Positions 1-12,804 of a stretch of 64,000 bases of DNA are shown piece by piece. The DNA comes from Octopus sinensis. Its lineage: Eukaryota. Below the pieces are notes generated by a model. That model did no database searches. It saw nothing but the letters and a program-made list of their open reading frames with translations, and was not told the origin of the DNA. The stretch lies in assembly GCF_006345805.1 (NCBI RefSeq), contig NC_042998.1, forward strand, positions 84,816,001 through 84,880,000, given 5' to 3'. Both the position numbers and the translations under genes were made by a program. The first letter of the stretch is position 1. Each line of letters starts with the position of its first letter.

Positions 1-353
1 AGTTTGTCTGTGTGTGTTTCTGTGTGTCTGTTAGGTTGTACCCTCACCCTGACCACGGCTTTCAACCGATTCTGATGAAACTTGACACACACATAGCCCA
101 ATGTCATAATTCAAAACTAACGCAGCGAAAATTTTGAAAAGTTCCCCCAGTTCTGAAAAAAATCGATAAATTCGACATGGGGTCGAGAATCACAAACACA
201 AACCACAGACTGTCTAGGGGACGCAACTCGACCTTTTTAACTAAAAAAAATTACCATCATTCCCCCCCCCCCCATTTTTTTGCTATAACTCTCTAAAAAT
301 GCTTTATAGTTATTTCCCTTACAAACCCGAGCAACGCCGGGCAATACTGCTAG
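1..353 (+). mobile_element. Non-autonomous Helitron/Helentron-like element, 3' part (5' end outside the window)
   Basis: GTCT/GT microsatellite at the left. GC hairpin CCCG(326-329)..CGGG(338-341) lies just before terminal CTAG (350-353), followed by T and a TA run. Confidence 0.6.
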
Positions 354-365
354 TATATATATATA

Positions 366-570
366 CTAGCAGCTAAGCCTGGTTTCACCTGGTCAGTTTG
401 GATGATGTGGCTGTAAAACCTGCTCTGTGTAAGCATTCGACTTGTTTGGGCACACTTACATTAAAAAACAACTTTAGAAGGACTTTTTTTCTATCAAAAC
501 GCTAAAAATAACTGACCAACAAAAAAACACAACCAAGATTCAACCAAATCAAAAAATAAACCTAAATACT
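366..570 (-). mobile_element. Second Helitron-like 3' end, opposite orientation
   Basis: Minus strand reads GACCAGGTGAAACCAGGCTTAGCTGCTAGT: a degenerate hairpin plus CTAG (366-369). The left boundary is clear; the right boundary is approximate. Confidence 0.45.
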
Positions 571-879
571 AAGTGAACAAAGATAAACCATCCTACTTCC
601 ATTGTGCGCGCACACACACATTCACATACCCCCCTTTTACATGCACACACATATATTCACACAGAGTTGAGATGCTGTTTGATTTATTTTTCCAGCATAC
701 AATTTTCATCATCCTACTACTAAAATGGCATCAGCCCTTCCTTCCTTATTCATCTATCATCCCTTCCTTTCTCATTCATAAACACAAGAGTATTATTATA
801 GTAGATTATCTCAGTAACCAACCACTCCGAGAGTGTAGTGAGTGCTTTTTATGTACCACCAGCACGAGGGTCAGTCAGA

Positions 880-1600
880 CGGTTCTGGCAATGACCACGC
901 TTACGCTCAAAAGGTGTTTTTATGCACTACCTGCACGGGAGCCAGTCTGGCGGCACTGGCAACAACCACACTCGAATGTTGTTTTTCATATGCCACCGGC
1001 ACATGTGCCGGTAAGGCAATACTAGCAACGATCATGTTTGAATGGTGCTGTTCACGTGTCACCAGCACAGGAGCCAATCTATGGCCCTGGCAATGATCAC
1101 GTTCAGATGTAATTTTAACGTTCCACTGGCATGAGTGCCAATCAGGCAGTACTATCATCGGCCACGTCAATGATTTTGGTTTGTTTACACTTGCCTCAAC
1201 AGGTCTTCGCAAGCAAAGTTTATTGTCCAATGAATTAGGGTACTCATAAGTGGCCTGGTTACACCCCACATTCGGATGTGCTTTTAATGTTCCACTGGCA
1301 TGAGTGCCAATCAGGTGGTACTGTCGCCGGCCACATCAGCAATTTTGATTTTGATTTCACTTGCCTCAATAGGTATTCACAAGCAGGGTTTATTGTCAAA
1401 TGAATGAGGGGTATTCATAAATGAGCTGGTTACACCCACTGGCATAGGCCATGGAGTATGGTCTCAACTTGGCTTGTCAGGTCTTCACAAGCACAGCATA
1501 TCTCCAAAGGTCCCGGTCACTAGTCATTGCCTTGGTAAGGCCCAATGTTCAAAGGTCATGCTTCACCACTTCATCCCAGGTTTTCGTGGGTGTACTTCTT
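880..1600 (-). mobile_element. RTE-clade LINE 3' end / RTE-tailed non-autonomous repeat with an internal duplication of about 150 bp
   Basis: Minus strand near 1470-1590 translates to KTWDEVVKHDL..LGLTKAMTSDRDLWRYAVL, a typical RTE ORF C-terminus. Segments 1121-1270 and 1287-1440 are diverged direct repeats. Confidence 0.6.
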
Positions 1601-2199
1601 CCTCCATTAGAAATGTAGATAAGTACAGTATAAAGTTTGTCCACCTTCAGAATTACCCAGTACTATCAGTAGTATTACTATATACTTCCAAGTTTAAATT
1701 TGGGCATTCGTCATGTGTAAATATAAAATTGAAGAAATTGGACTCAAGAAGAAGGAGTATGGTTGGACATTTATTTATTATTCACTACAATTGTTTTGAC
1801 ACAATGTTGTACTCCAAGAATACAGGTATTAGATTATGTAACTGTTTGTTTGCATAATGAGATCTAGTTGTGTTTCCTCAGGTAACTTCAAGGCCATCTT
1901 CTCTGTTCATCATGATTTGAATTTAGTTGCAGCTGATAGACCCATGGTGTGTGCTGCAAGAGCGCATTCGTTGGACTACCATTTACAGCAGTCCAACAAA
2001 TGTGTTCTCATGGCACACCCCATAGGTCTCTCAGCTGCTACTAAATTCAAACTACAACGAACAGAGAAGATGGCCTTGAAGTCGACAATTTTAAAATAAC
2101 AGAGACAACACTCATATATCACCTGAAGAAATAGACCAATTGAGTAAACCTATCAAATTGTATGTAATGACCATTATTTTAACTTGTTTCTTATATATA

Positions 2200-2239
<40 letters not shown>

Positions 2240-2241
<2 letters not shown>

Positions 2242-2440
2242 TTTTATTCATCTCAGTCATTTTGACTACAGACATGCTAGAGCACAACCTTTTAGTCGAA
2301 GACTTATTCAGGACTTATTCTTTGTAAGCCTGGTACTTATTCCTTCGGTCTCTTTTGCCAAACCACTAGCTTACAGGGATGTAAATGCACCAACATCAGT
2401 TGTTAATTGATGGTGGTGTGGGCACAAGCACAAAGATCCA

Positions 2441-2479
<39 letters not shown>

Positions 2480-2635
2480 GGCTTCTTTTCAGTTTCCATT
2501 TACCAGATCCACTCACAAGGCTTTGGTTGGCCCAAGGCTATAGTAGAAGACACTTGCCTGAGGTGTCATGCAGTGGGACTAAACCCAGAATCATGCAGTT
2601 GAGAAGCAAGCTTTTTATCACACCCATGCCTGTGC
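2240..2635 (-). mobile_element. tRNA-derived SINE (abundant octopus-type family), diverged copy
   Basis: Aligns by eye with the copies at 11261, 53793 and 55421 (CAGTCATTTGACT..GAAGACACTTGCC..GGGACTAAACCC) and has an internal (TA)n. Confidence 0.75.
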
Positions 2636-2650
2636 GCACATGTGTGTGTA

Positions 2651-2683
<33 letters not shown>

Positions 2684-3041
2684 TCGCCTGGTGGATAATA
2701 TTGTTTTGCTAAATTACCTATTAAAGGATGGCAAATAATCTTATTTGCTAAAGAAATTCGAAGCCATGGTATAACCGCTAATAAAAATAGCAAGGTATAA
2801 AAGTTTTTATTTTTCATTTATTTTGAAAATTGCTATAAAATCGTGGTTTTGGCCATGTTGGCTGCTATTTCTAGCATGCAAAAATTACCTGTAAAAGGGT
2901 AGTTTTCTTTTGTGTTTAAATGTACACTATTTTAATATATATATTTGTATGTATGTTTGTGCATGTATGCATGTATATATGCTTGTATGAATTTATATAC
3001 GTAAGTTTGTGTGCATGTATTTTTGTGTGTGTGTATGTATG

Positions 3042-3103
<62 letters not shown>

Positions 3104-4345
3104 ATATGCACACATGAGCCTTATGAAGGAGATGACAAAGGACTGAGATGATTGGCATTTCGGTGTGCTTGTGAAGACCCAATCATTACAGCAGAGATGA
3201 TGTCCTAAAACCACTTGTTCATGTTTGTTCGCACAGGGAATGAGGATGGCTGTTCCCACTTTCTTGCCTGTCAATGACACATCAAGCATTCCCTTATTCT
3301 CCCCCACCCCACCCCATGTCATTTATGGTATTACTTATCTGGTGTACTCACCTGAAAGCTCAGCACATGTTACATCCCATCCACTCCCTTCAGAATCACT
3401 TCCATTCTTCATCATCTCTACCCATACTATTTCTACCAATCACCTCCTTTCTGTCTTCAGCCACTGCTCTCTCTCCTCTTTGATATATACTATTCTAAAC
3501 GCCTCTCTTATCTACTATACTTCTCAGTACCCCCTCATCTCTACCATCATGCCCCATCTGTAGCCCCTTAAGATACTTCAATACCTCCCTCTCCACTGCT
3601 CATACACCTTGCACATTATCCCACTACATTCTACTCTGTCTTCCTTCCTGAGCCACTCCTATATCTCCCACCTTACTCCCCTACAAACTGGTGTTTCCCA
3701 TCATATGTACCCATACCTTGCTCATCACTCACTGCATTAACCTCTACCTCCACCTGTTTACTTCCTTTCACATTCTTATGAAAGCATCCACTCTCTCAAC
3801 CCATTACTCACTGTCTGTATCCTTTCTTATACTCCCCTTTCTTTCCCTTGCCCCATTAGCGTTTTCTCTAACACCTCATCACTACCTTCCTTTTGTTGCC
3901 TTCAGCCATGTATCTCCTCCACAGCAAGGTGCCTGTGCATGTCCCCCTATAAAACTTTAGCCTTTCAACACCTGGCATAAAACCACCCACATCCATCTTC
4001 CCCTCCCAAATACATCCCCTTAATAGTGAGAGGTTTTCCTTTCCTTTTTCCCTGTTTTTCGTCTGGAAAGTTACATGGCAACCTCACTAATGCCAGTGTA
4101 AAATGGCTGATATTAGGAAAGAAATTCAGCCTTAGAAACCATGTCTAGGATTCACTGGAGTTTGATACAAACATGCAGCTCACTGGTTCCTGTTAAATCT
4201 AAATAAAATAAATATTTCTCTAATAAACCAATCTCCTCTCACTCACTGCAACATTCACTAAAAAACAACAAAAACTCTTGTCTTGTGTTTTATGAATGCA
4301 ATTGGAAGGACTTTCTTTCTAATTTTTCCATTTGTTATTTTGTAG

Positions 4346-4561
<216 letters not shown>

Positions 4562-4569
4562 TAATGAAC

Positions 4570-5760
4570 TTATTGTATACAGTGCTCAGGTGCACTACAA
4601 CTCATCAAAAAAGGTAACCAAAACTGCATGACCAGAACATAGAATATGCACAGGAAGTGAACAGTGAATAAGTCTTTAAAAAAATAGGTGTGGCAGGAGG
4701 CATCAGGTGTACTGTTGGCAAATTTCTGGAAATATGGAAATTTTGAAGGATGTAGTGTCTCGACAGCTAACAACTTATACAGGTAGTTTATTCCATGCTT
4801 CAGCTATTCTGAGCGTGAAAAAATGGGCGCTGTATTGTGTTTTTGACTTTGTAAGCTAGTCCATGAGTGTTAGACATATGGAATTCAAAAAGGTGCCTGA
4901 GGTTGTTGTTGGAAAGATGATGGACAATCTTGTAGGTGTCTACCAAGTCAGTTACCAGATGTCAGAGCTTTAATGTGTCCACTCCCAAGGAAGCAAGACG
5001 TTTAGTGTATGGTAGATGCTTGAAGGCGAGTATTTGTCAGGTTGCAATTTCTGAACAGCTTCCAGGATAATGATATGCCAAGCAAGTTAGGGGTTCCAGA
5101 TTGGTGATGCAAATTCTAACTGTGGACGTACCATAGTCATATACAGCTTTAAATAGATAGCTGGAGAGCAACTGACAGAGATCTTGCTGAGTGATGCTAG
5201 GATATCCTCAGCCTTCTTGACAATCCTAGAATGTCATTTGTCCAATGCAGATCGCTGTTGACAATGATACCTAGGTCACATTCACTAATAGACTTCTTAA
5301 GATTGGTGTTGTTTTCCTCCCAAAATGCCTGGTGGTGCACTTGTCCTTAGCCAGCTTGTGTTGCCAGTCAATAATCGATTGCTGCATTGTGGCCAGGTCT
5401 GATTGCAGGAAAGATCTATAGCATATAGGATCTGTTCTTTCTATCTCAAAGTGCAACTTGATGTCATCTACATATTTCAACACTATAACATTCTTCAAGT
5501 TGGCATCTATGTCATTAATATATGCAACAAACAGGTGTTCAAGAATGGATACACCAGATGTCATCTCTTAGGATGAAGAAGGATGTCTCAAAACCATGAC
5601 TACCTCTTTTTGAATGAGAATGAAGGACTTCAACCTGTTAGGGAGATCATCTTTCACACCCATTGCTGAGAGTTTTTCCATGAGTTATTTGTGTGGCACA
5701 GAATTGAAGGCTTTAACAAAGTCAAGATAGATAACATCCACCTTTGAGCTGCCATCAGTG
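4570..5760 (-). mobile_element. Decayed CR1-clade LINE, RT region to 3' UTR
   Basis: Minus-strand remnants VDVIYLDFVKAFNSVPHK, AYINDID..KYVDDIKL and FFTLRIAEAWNKLP. The 3' UTR matches 25500-25870. Confidence 0.8.
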
Positions 5761-6285
5761 AGTCATTTACAATAAAGATGTTTTTGAATTCATTCTATTA
5801 CATTACTATTGATATTCCCCATAGAGATTGAGTGAGAAGAATATTTGAGTAAATTTTGGGTTGTGTTTATATTATTCCTTACAGTTGATTTTGAATTCAA
5901 AATCTCTTGAGATGATTAATGCTGCACAGTATTGTGAATGAAGTTTATCAAATCTACCCTTCTCAGAAATTAGCCTAGTCAGAAGAGGCATGAGTATGTA
6001 AACAATCACAGTTTTGAGGAATGTTATGCAATAGGACATGAGACTCATTGGCTTCTGTATTCAGTTTACTATGACAATTCTGAGTTCAAATTTTATTGGT
6101 AGCTGCTGGTTTTTCATGAATAAAAGAATCAGAAATATAGTGCTTAAGTATTTCTTCAAGGCAAATATTATTTCCCAGAATGTTTGTGTTATAATTGTTT
6201 ATAATTTGTTCATGTTTTAATATTGTAAGTGGATTTTTATTTGAATTTTCTAAATACTTTTTTTTCTCTAATGACACTAATTTAG

Positions 6286-6471
<186 letters not shown>

Positions 6472-7025
6472 TAAACTGGCATTATCCTGATCAACAAAAT
6501 TTTAGAAAAGTGGCTTTATTCTGGCTTAGTATTTCTCATGCAGTCTGTTGCTGTTTCACTTAGAAAAGAGCATCAATGATATCTTGTCAAGCATAAAGCT
6601 GGATTGCATCCTATCTAGTGTAATTCTCTTCTTCATCAATTACACAGTAACGTTTATTGTAACTTTTAAACTTTCTTACCATTTTAATGCATTTGTAGTT
6701 ACTTCTCTTTTTGTCTCCTTTTCAGCAATTGCTCATAGTTTTATGTAGGGTGCTACATTCTGTAGTTAGAGATAGAGAGCCATGCAAACAATGAAGTGCC
6801 TTCAGGAAGATGAGCATTAAGAACTTCAGAACTTGAAGACAAAATGCTGCTCAGCATTTTTCCCAGTGTGCTAACAATTCTGCCAGCTCAGTGCTTCACT
6901 AATTATTGATGCCCTGAACTAATTGCTATTCCTTATTACTGATTTGTTGGCATTGCTAACTTTATCTGGATGTGAATTTATATAAGAAAAAAATATATCA
7001 TTTTTATTCTTTTTGTTTTTTGCAG

Positions 7026-7148
7026 GAAAAGTGTGATCATTATTGGCCAGATAATGATGAAACTAGATGTTATGGAAATATAAAAGTAGAGAAGTTGAAC
7101 GAAACTATAACATCAGATTGGACAGTCACAGAGTTTCTAATGTCTAAT
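7026..7148 (+). CDS. Ptp10D: Ptp10D-like RPTP exon
   Basis: tttttgcag| and |gtaagt; 123 nt. EKCDHYWPDNDETRCYGNIKVEKLNETITSDWTVTEFLMSN (KCxxYWP motif). Confidence 0.95.
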
Positions 7149-8741
7149 GTAAGTAACTTATTCTTTAAATATATTTATGTGGACTGGTTGTTTATGATTA
7201 AATTATAATCTAATCATAAGATTTAATACTAAGGTATCTATAATTATAGATAACTTAGTATTAAACCAATTTGATTTATCTCAAAATCTTTGCTTGATTT
7301 ATCCTATAATTACCTTGGCTGTTTTATTACATGTATAATAGTTGGAGCATCTCTCAAGACTTTTGTTTTCATTGACATTCTACCCCAAAATTATATGAGC
7401 CCTTTAGGAAACTAAAGAGAAACCAGTTCTTAATTGACATAAATAAAATGAAACTATCTATTCAAACATGTATATTAAGTAATTAGCAAGAGAATACCTC
7501 ATTGTCTTCAAAGGAAGCTAAGTTTAACAGAGTTGTGTGGTATTATGATGAGGCACTACCATATCACCGTGACAACACTATAGGATACTTCACTATAACA
7601 ACTAGTAACTGACCTAAAAATACCAGGAATAGAAATATAATTTCATATATCTTGTCATATAACATCAACGTAAATAAAAATACATGAGTGTGTAGCAAAA
7701 AGCTCACTGTTACTTACGAATTATTACACCAAACTGCTACAAATTTTCTTTTTTGTTTCAATATAATGTAAAAATGAGTTTCAGCTGCACACAATATATC
7801 CAATACTATCAAGCTGTAATACAAGAAAAGAAAAAGATTGTACACAGACCAAGTGTGTGTTTCCAAGCTAAATAATATTTGCCTATGGTCAGACATGGTT
7901 TTGCAGAAGATTGAAGAAGAATGACATTGCTTGTATGATAGTGATACATAAAATTATCATGTGATGTGACGGCAAAGAGTTACTAATACACACATACACT
8001 TCTCCCACACAAAATCTCCTGCCTATGTGTATACGCACGCACACACACATGATAGGTTTCTTTCAATTTCTTTCAATAAAATTATCTAATCTACTCCCAA
8101 GGTTTTGGTTGGCCCAAAGTGCCACATTAGGACTGAACCTATAACCACTTAGTTGGGAAGCAAACTTCTTAAACACAATGACATGCCTGCACTTATATAT
8201 CACCATCATTGTTTTAACATTCACTTTTCTGAGTTTGCATAGGTCAGATGAAGTTTCTTGAAGCGGACTTTCTGTAGCCAGATGACCTTCCTGTGACCAA
8301 CATTTACTTGTTTCCAATATTTAAATGCTATTGGGTGGTGAGCTGCTAGAATCATTAGCAAAAGGCAAAGTGACATTTCGTCCATCTTTATATCCCAAGG
8401 TCAGATTCTGCTAAGGTTGCCTTTTATCCTCTTGGGTTCAATAAAATAAAAGTACCAAATTAACACTGGGGTTCATGTAATCCCTCAAAATTGCTGGCCT
8501 TGTCCCTAAATTTATACACTATTATTTATAGCTTTATATACATGTTTTGAGTTTCAATGTTCCACAGAAATAGGGATGGTTGGATCCAAGAAACACTGGT
8601 TTGATATATTATATTGCTAAGAGATATCTCTTCTATAAATATATTATAAAAATCAATTATTATTATTATTATTATTATTATTAAGAAAATGGAGAGATTT
8701 AATTGATATCAAATTATATGTATATATATATGTATATATAT

Positions 8742-9186
8742 ACAACTTGTAAAACAAGGGCAAAATATAAAAAAAATTCCAATGCCAAATATGCTGAAAA
8801 TAGACTTAAATCATCAATAACCATATAATTCATCACTATAGGCATGCGTCTCGAAACAAGCTGACAGAAATTTTTTCAAAATTCCGGCCCCGATTTCTGA
8901 GTTAATTCATAAAGAATTTTCTCATCGTCAGCGATAAATACGATAAGAAATAAATGAGATACTTACTTGCACCTATGGAAGAAGTAAACACTAAGTCATA
9001 TGTACACTTAAGTACCCCAAATATATCCAAAATAGAAATTCTATAGCATACTTCGAGACACGTGTGATCGGACTGAAAATTCTCATATAGTAAGAGAGTC
9101 CGGAAGTGAATAGTATTAAATTTAAGTCTATTTTCGGCATATTTGACATTGGAATTTTTTTCTTTTGCCCTTGTTTTATAAGTTGT
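8742..9186. mobile_element. MITE with imperfect terminal inverted repeats of about 70 bp
   Basis: ACAACTTGTAAAACAAGGGCAAAA..AATAGACTTAAAT (8742-8810) is the reverse complement of ATTTAAGTCTATT..CCCTTGTTTTATAAGTTGT (9120-9186). No ORF. Confidence 0.75.
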
Positions 9187-9272
9187 TTATAAATTTAACC
9201 TTTAAAGGTATTTTTTAATATGCTGGCCATTGATAAAATTTTTTCGAAAATTTTATCCTATATTAGATGTAA

Positions 9273-9305
<33 letters not shown>

Positions 9306-9309
9306 TATA

Positions 9310-9830
9310 ACACAAAGCAAGTTAGGAGTTATGGGTGTAACCCACTAAGGGATAGTATTTATCCAATATACTGTTGGTAAAGTACCCAGATTCTTAATAC
9401 ATCGATGTTTTTAATTGCAATGCAATTAACTTATTTATTGTATTAAATGGGTGAAGGTAAAGAAATATTTTTACTGTTAATTTATAATACAAATAAGTAA
9501 ATGGAGAAACAAATTTTGTTTGTTCATCATCTTTCGGATACTAGAATGTTGAATTATTTATTCATTTAACAAAATGAGAACCTTAATAGCATACATATAT
9601 ATCTTATAATTCAATACATATAAGATAAGAATACAAATTATAAAAATCATAATATAAATTATTGAAATCATTAAAATCACTTCTTACAGCTGTTTCAGCC
9701 TATGGTTAAAAGTAGTTATTTTTATTTTTATTGCCTATAGTTGTCAATATATTGAGGTTGTAGGCATTTAAAAATAGGGTAATTATATATATAACCATAG
9801 GCCTCATCAGAGGTTATAAGGAACTTAAAA
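9310..9830 (-). mobile_element. Penelope-like terminal repeat (pLTR) fragment carrying a hammerhead ribozyme motif
   Basis: Minus strand: CTGATGA (9810-9804), 12-bp stem II, GAAA (9696-9693), palindrome CAGCTG, then TA. Its downstream part recurs inverted at 11868-12068. Confidence 0.55.
9680..9815 (-). ncRNA. Hammerhead ribozyme-like motif (type I, minimal/dimeric Penelope type), probably degenerate
   Basis: Core CUGAUGA and GAAA present. Stem II GGCCTATGGTTA/TAACCATAGGCT encloses an 83-nt loop. Stem III is the palindrome CAGCTG; cleavage triplet GUA. Stem I has only about 2 bp. Confidence 0.45.
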
Positions 9831-10619
9831 AATATTAATATTAGTACATGAAACAATACACATATTATTTAATATATATTAAAAAATATGAACAAATATC
9901 CATATATACATATACATACATAAGCAGATTGTATATACTTTTACATGTGTAAAAATACATAAATAAACACAATTAAACAATAGGTCCAAGTAAATATACC
10001 ATCCATCATATACATATATATACATATACTGGAACATATAAACATGTCTATGCTTACGACCACATAAATAATAATCAATTATTAATATTATTATTAATAA
10101 TTCATTCATTACTTTCTTGAGCAGGTAGAATGTAGCCATGTAATTAAACAAACATACTATCTTTTTTATACCAGATATCACTTAAAGTCATATACACATA
10201 AAATATAAACATTTCTGGTGGTAATTCAATTTTTTGTTGCCAAAAAAATCACAACATATTTCGAGGACTGTTAAGTTTTACTGGACTGCATGGACTGTTG
10301 TGCTCTACTCTGACTGACATTGCTACTCGAAAACAGGTTTGAGTATTATTAAAGTTATTGAAGATTCAATCTGTGTTATGTATTTCTTGAATGTGAACTT
10401 GAATATTAACAAAATGTTAAACAGTCATCAGTCATTTCACCTGAAAACTTAGCGCTATAAAGTTGGACTATCTTCCTGCGGCATGACATCTTTTACAGTT
10501 ACACATTGTGACGTCACTGATGTGAAATCAAGCTGTATTCATGCGCGCTTCAACACGATGTGAAGAATTTAGTTATTGGGTTAATAAAATATGGTCGTTT
10601 ATTCGTGTGTAATAAATAA

Positions 10620-10763
10620 AATACCAAACTCATTCCCTATGGATACCGTATTTATTACAACGAGTGGCTTGTAAACGTATCTAACTCGCTTTCGCTCGTT
10701 AGATACGTTTACAAGCCACTCTTTGTAATAAATACGGTATCCATAGGGAACTCGTTTGGTATT
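10620..10763. repeat. Near-perfect palindrome, 66-bp arms, at the end of a CpG-containing repeat of about 550 bp
   Basis: Arms 10620-10685 and 10698-10763 pair at 62/66 positions; 12-nt centre TCGCTTTCGCTC. Confidence 0.9.
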
Positions 10764-11260
10764 CTTTATATACTATACACATCCAAATATATATATATAC
10801 ATATATACTCATACATATATATACATACACATACATTTTTACAGCAATATATACAAATACATACAAAATTAAATCTTTATATAAGTTTAGGTCTACAATT
10901 AAACAAATAAACTAATTATGAGTAAAATAATTATATACCCAATATTTTTATTAAATAAGTAAATAAAAAGAAAACTTATCTATGTCTATACGCATATTCG
11001 TATAGACACATTACATTTCCATATGTACTATTGTTTGATAAACATATATATCCATATATAACCACACATAACATAAATTTCTACATACATACATATGCAC
11101 ATGCATATATAAATATACCCATACATTCACATGTATAAACTAGTACATATATATATATATATTATAATATATTCCACCACATATTAGTATAAATAAATAC
11201 ATATATGTATATATATTCTCTAAGAGCACTTATATACATACATTTACATACATATATATA

Positions 11261-11669
11261 CTCTTTTACTCTTTTACTTGTTTCAGTCATTTGACTGCGG
11301 CCATGCTGGAGCACTGCCTTTAGTCGAGCAAATCGACCCCGGGACTTATTCTTTGTAAGCCCAGTACTTATTCTATTGGTCTCTTTTGCTGAACCGCTAA
11401 GTGATGGGGACGTAAACACACCAGCATCGGTTGTCAAGCAATGCTAGGGGGACAAACACAGACACACAAACATATACACACACACTTATATATATATACA
11501 TATATACGACATGCTTCTTTCAGTTTCCGTCTACCAAATCCACTCACAAGGCATTGGTCGGCCTGGGGCTATAGCAGAAGACACTTGCTCAAGATGCCAC
11601 GCAGTGGGACTGAACCCGGAACCATGTGGCTGGTTAGCTAGCTACTTACCACAAAGCCACTCCTGCACT
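11261..11669 (-). mobile_element. tRNA-derived SINE, near full length
   Basis: Minus-strand head with a B-box-like GGTTCAGTCCC, an internal TA/CA microsatellite and an (AGTAAAAG)2 tail. Matches 53793-54180. Confidence 0.85.
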
Positions 11670-12073
11670 ACTCCATCCATACATATACAGCCACACACAC
11701 ACACACATATATATATATACACATATATCCACATACATATACATATATATACCTACATACATATATACACATACATATGCAAAAGTTACATACAAATATA
11801 TATATGCAGACACATATTTACATATTATTCCATCCATACAGATACAGCCACACACATATATATATATAACAGCTGTAAGAAGTGATTTTAAGGATTTCAA
11901 TAATTTATATTATAATTTGTATTCTTATCTTATATGTATTGAATTATAAGATATATATGTATGCTATTAAGGTTCTCATTTTGTTAAATGAATAAATAAT
12001 TCAACATTTTGTATCTGAAAGATGATGAACAAACTAAATTTGTTTCTCCATTTTCTTATTTGTATTATATATA

Positions 12074-12126
<53 letters not shown>

Positions 12127-12655
12127 TGGCATGGTTGGCGTTATGAAGGGCATCCAGTTATAGAAACCATACCAATTCAAACTGGAGTCTGGTGCAGCCT
12201 TCCCGCCCACTCCATCATGAACAACAGATGTTAAATAATGATGATGATGATTATGTGTATATATACATATGTTTTCATTATCCTCATTTAATAGCCATTT
12301 TCCATGCTGACATGGAATATATATATATATATATATACACACACATGTATTTGTATGTATATATACATATACTGTGAAGTCTGGGCTTGAGGGGACTCTT
12401 TAGCCTTATCAAAGACATACCAGCCTCAACAGTCTTGGTGCCACGTAAAGATGTCCTCACTATACTAAAATGATATGTGTTTGGAAGGGCTTCCAGCCAA
12501 AAAATCAAGCCACAGATTAAACTTACTAGTGAGATGTACTCCTTAACTCATTTGAAAGAGCAGCAGTGCCAGCTTGGAAAGCAAACATAAAATGACAGTA
12601 TTGGCATAAACATAGATGTGTATTGGTACATTCTTTTTATTCTAACCTCTTGCAG

Positions 12656-12804
12656 CTAGACCGTGTAACCAGACATTTACATCATTTTCACTTCACGTCA
12701 TGGCCAGACTTTGGCGTTCCAAGCAACCCTCAATCAATTATTACATTTGTCAGGCTTGTGCGTAATAAATTGCAAAACATTGGGCCTCTTGTGATACACT
12801 GCAG
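12656..12804 (+). CDS. Ptp10D: Ptp10D-like RPTP exon (WPD loop and start of the P-loop)
   Basis: cctcttgcag| and AG|gtgaga; 149 nt, phase 0/2. LDRVTRHLHHFHFTSWPDFGVPSNPQSIITFVRLVRNKLQNIGPLVIHC(S). Confidence 0.95.

Noticed and set aside
573-1269. ORFs of 150, 84 and 120 aa
   Set aside because: They overlap degenerate RTE-tail repeats and microsatellite, with no protein motif or splice support.
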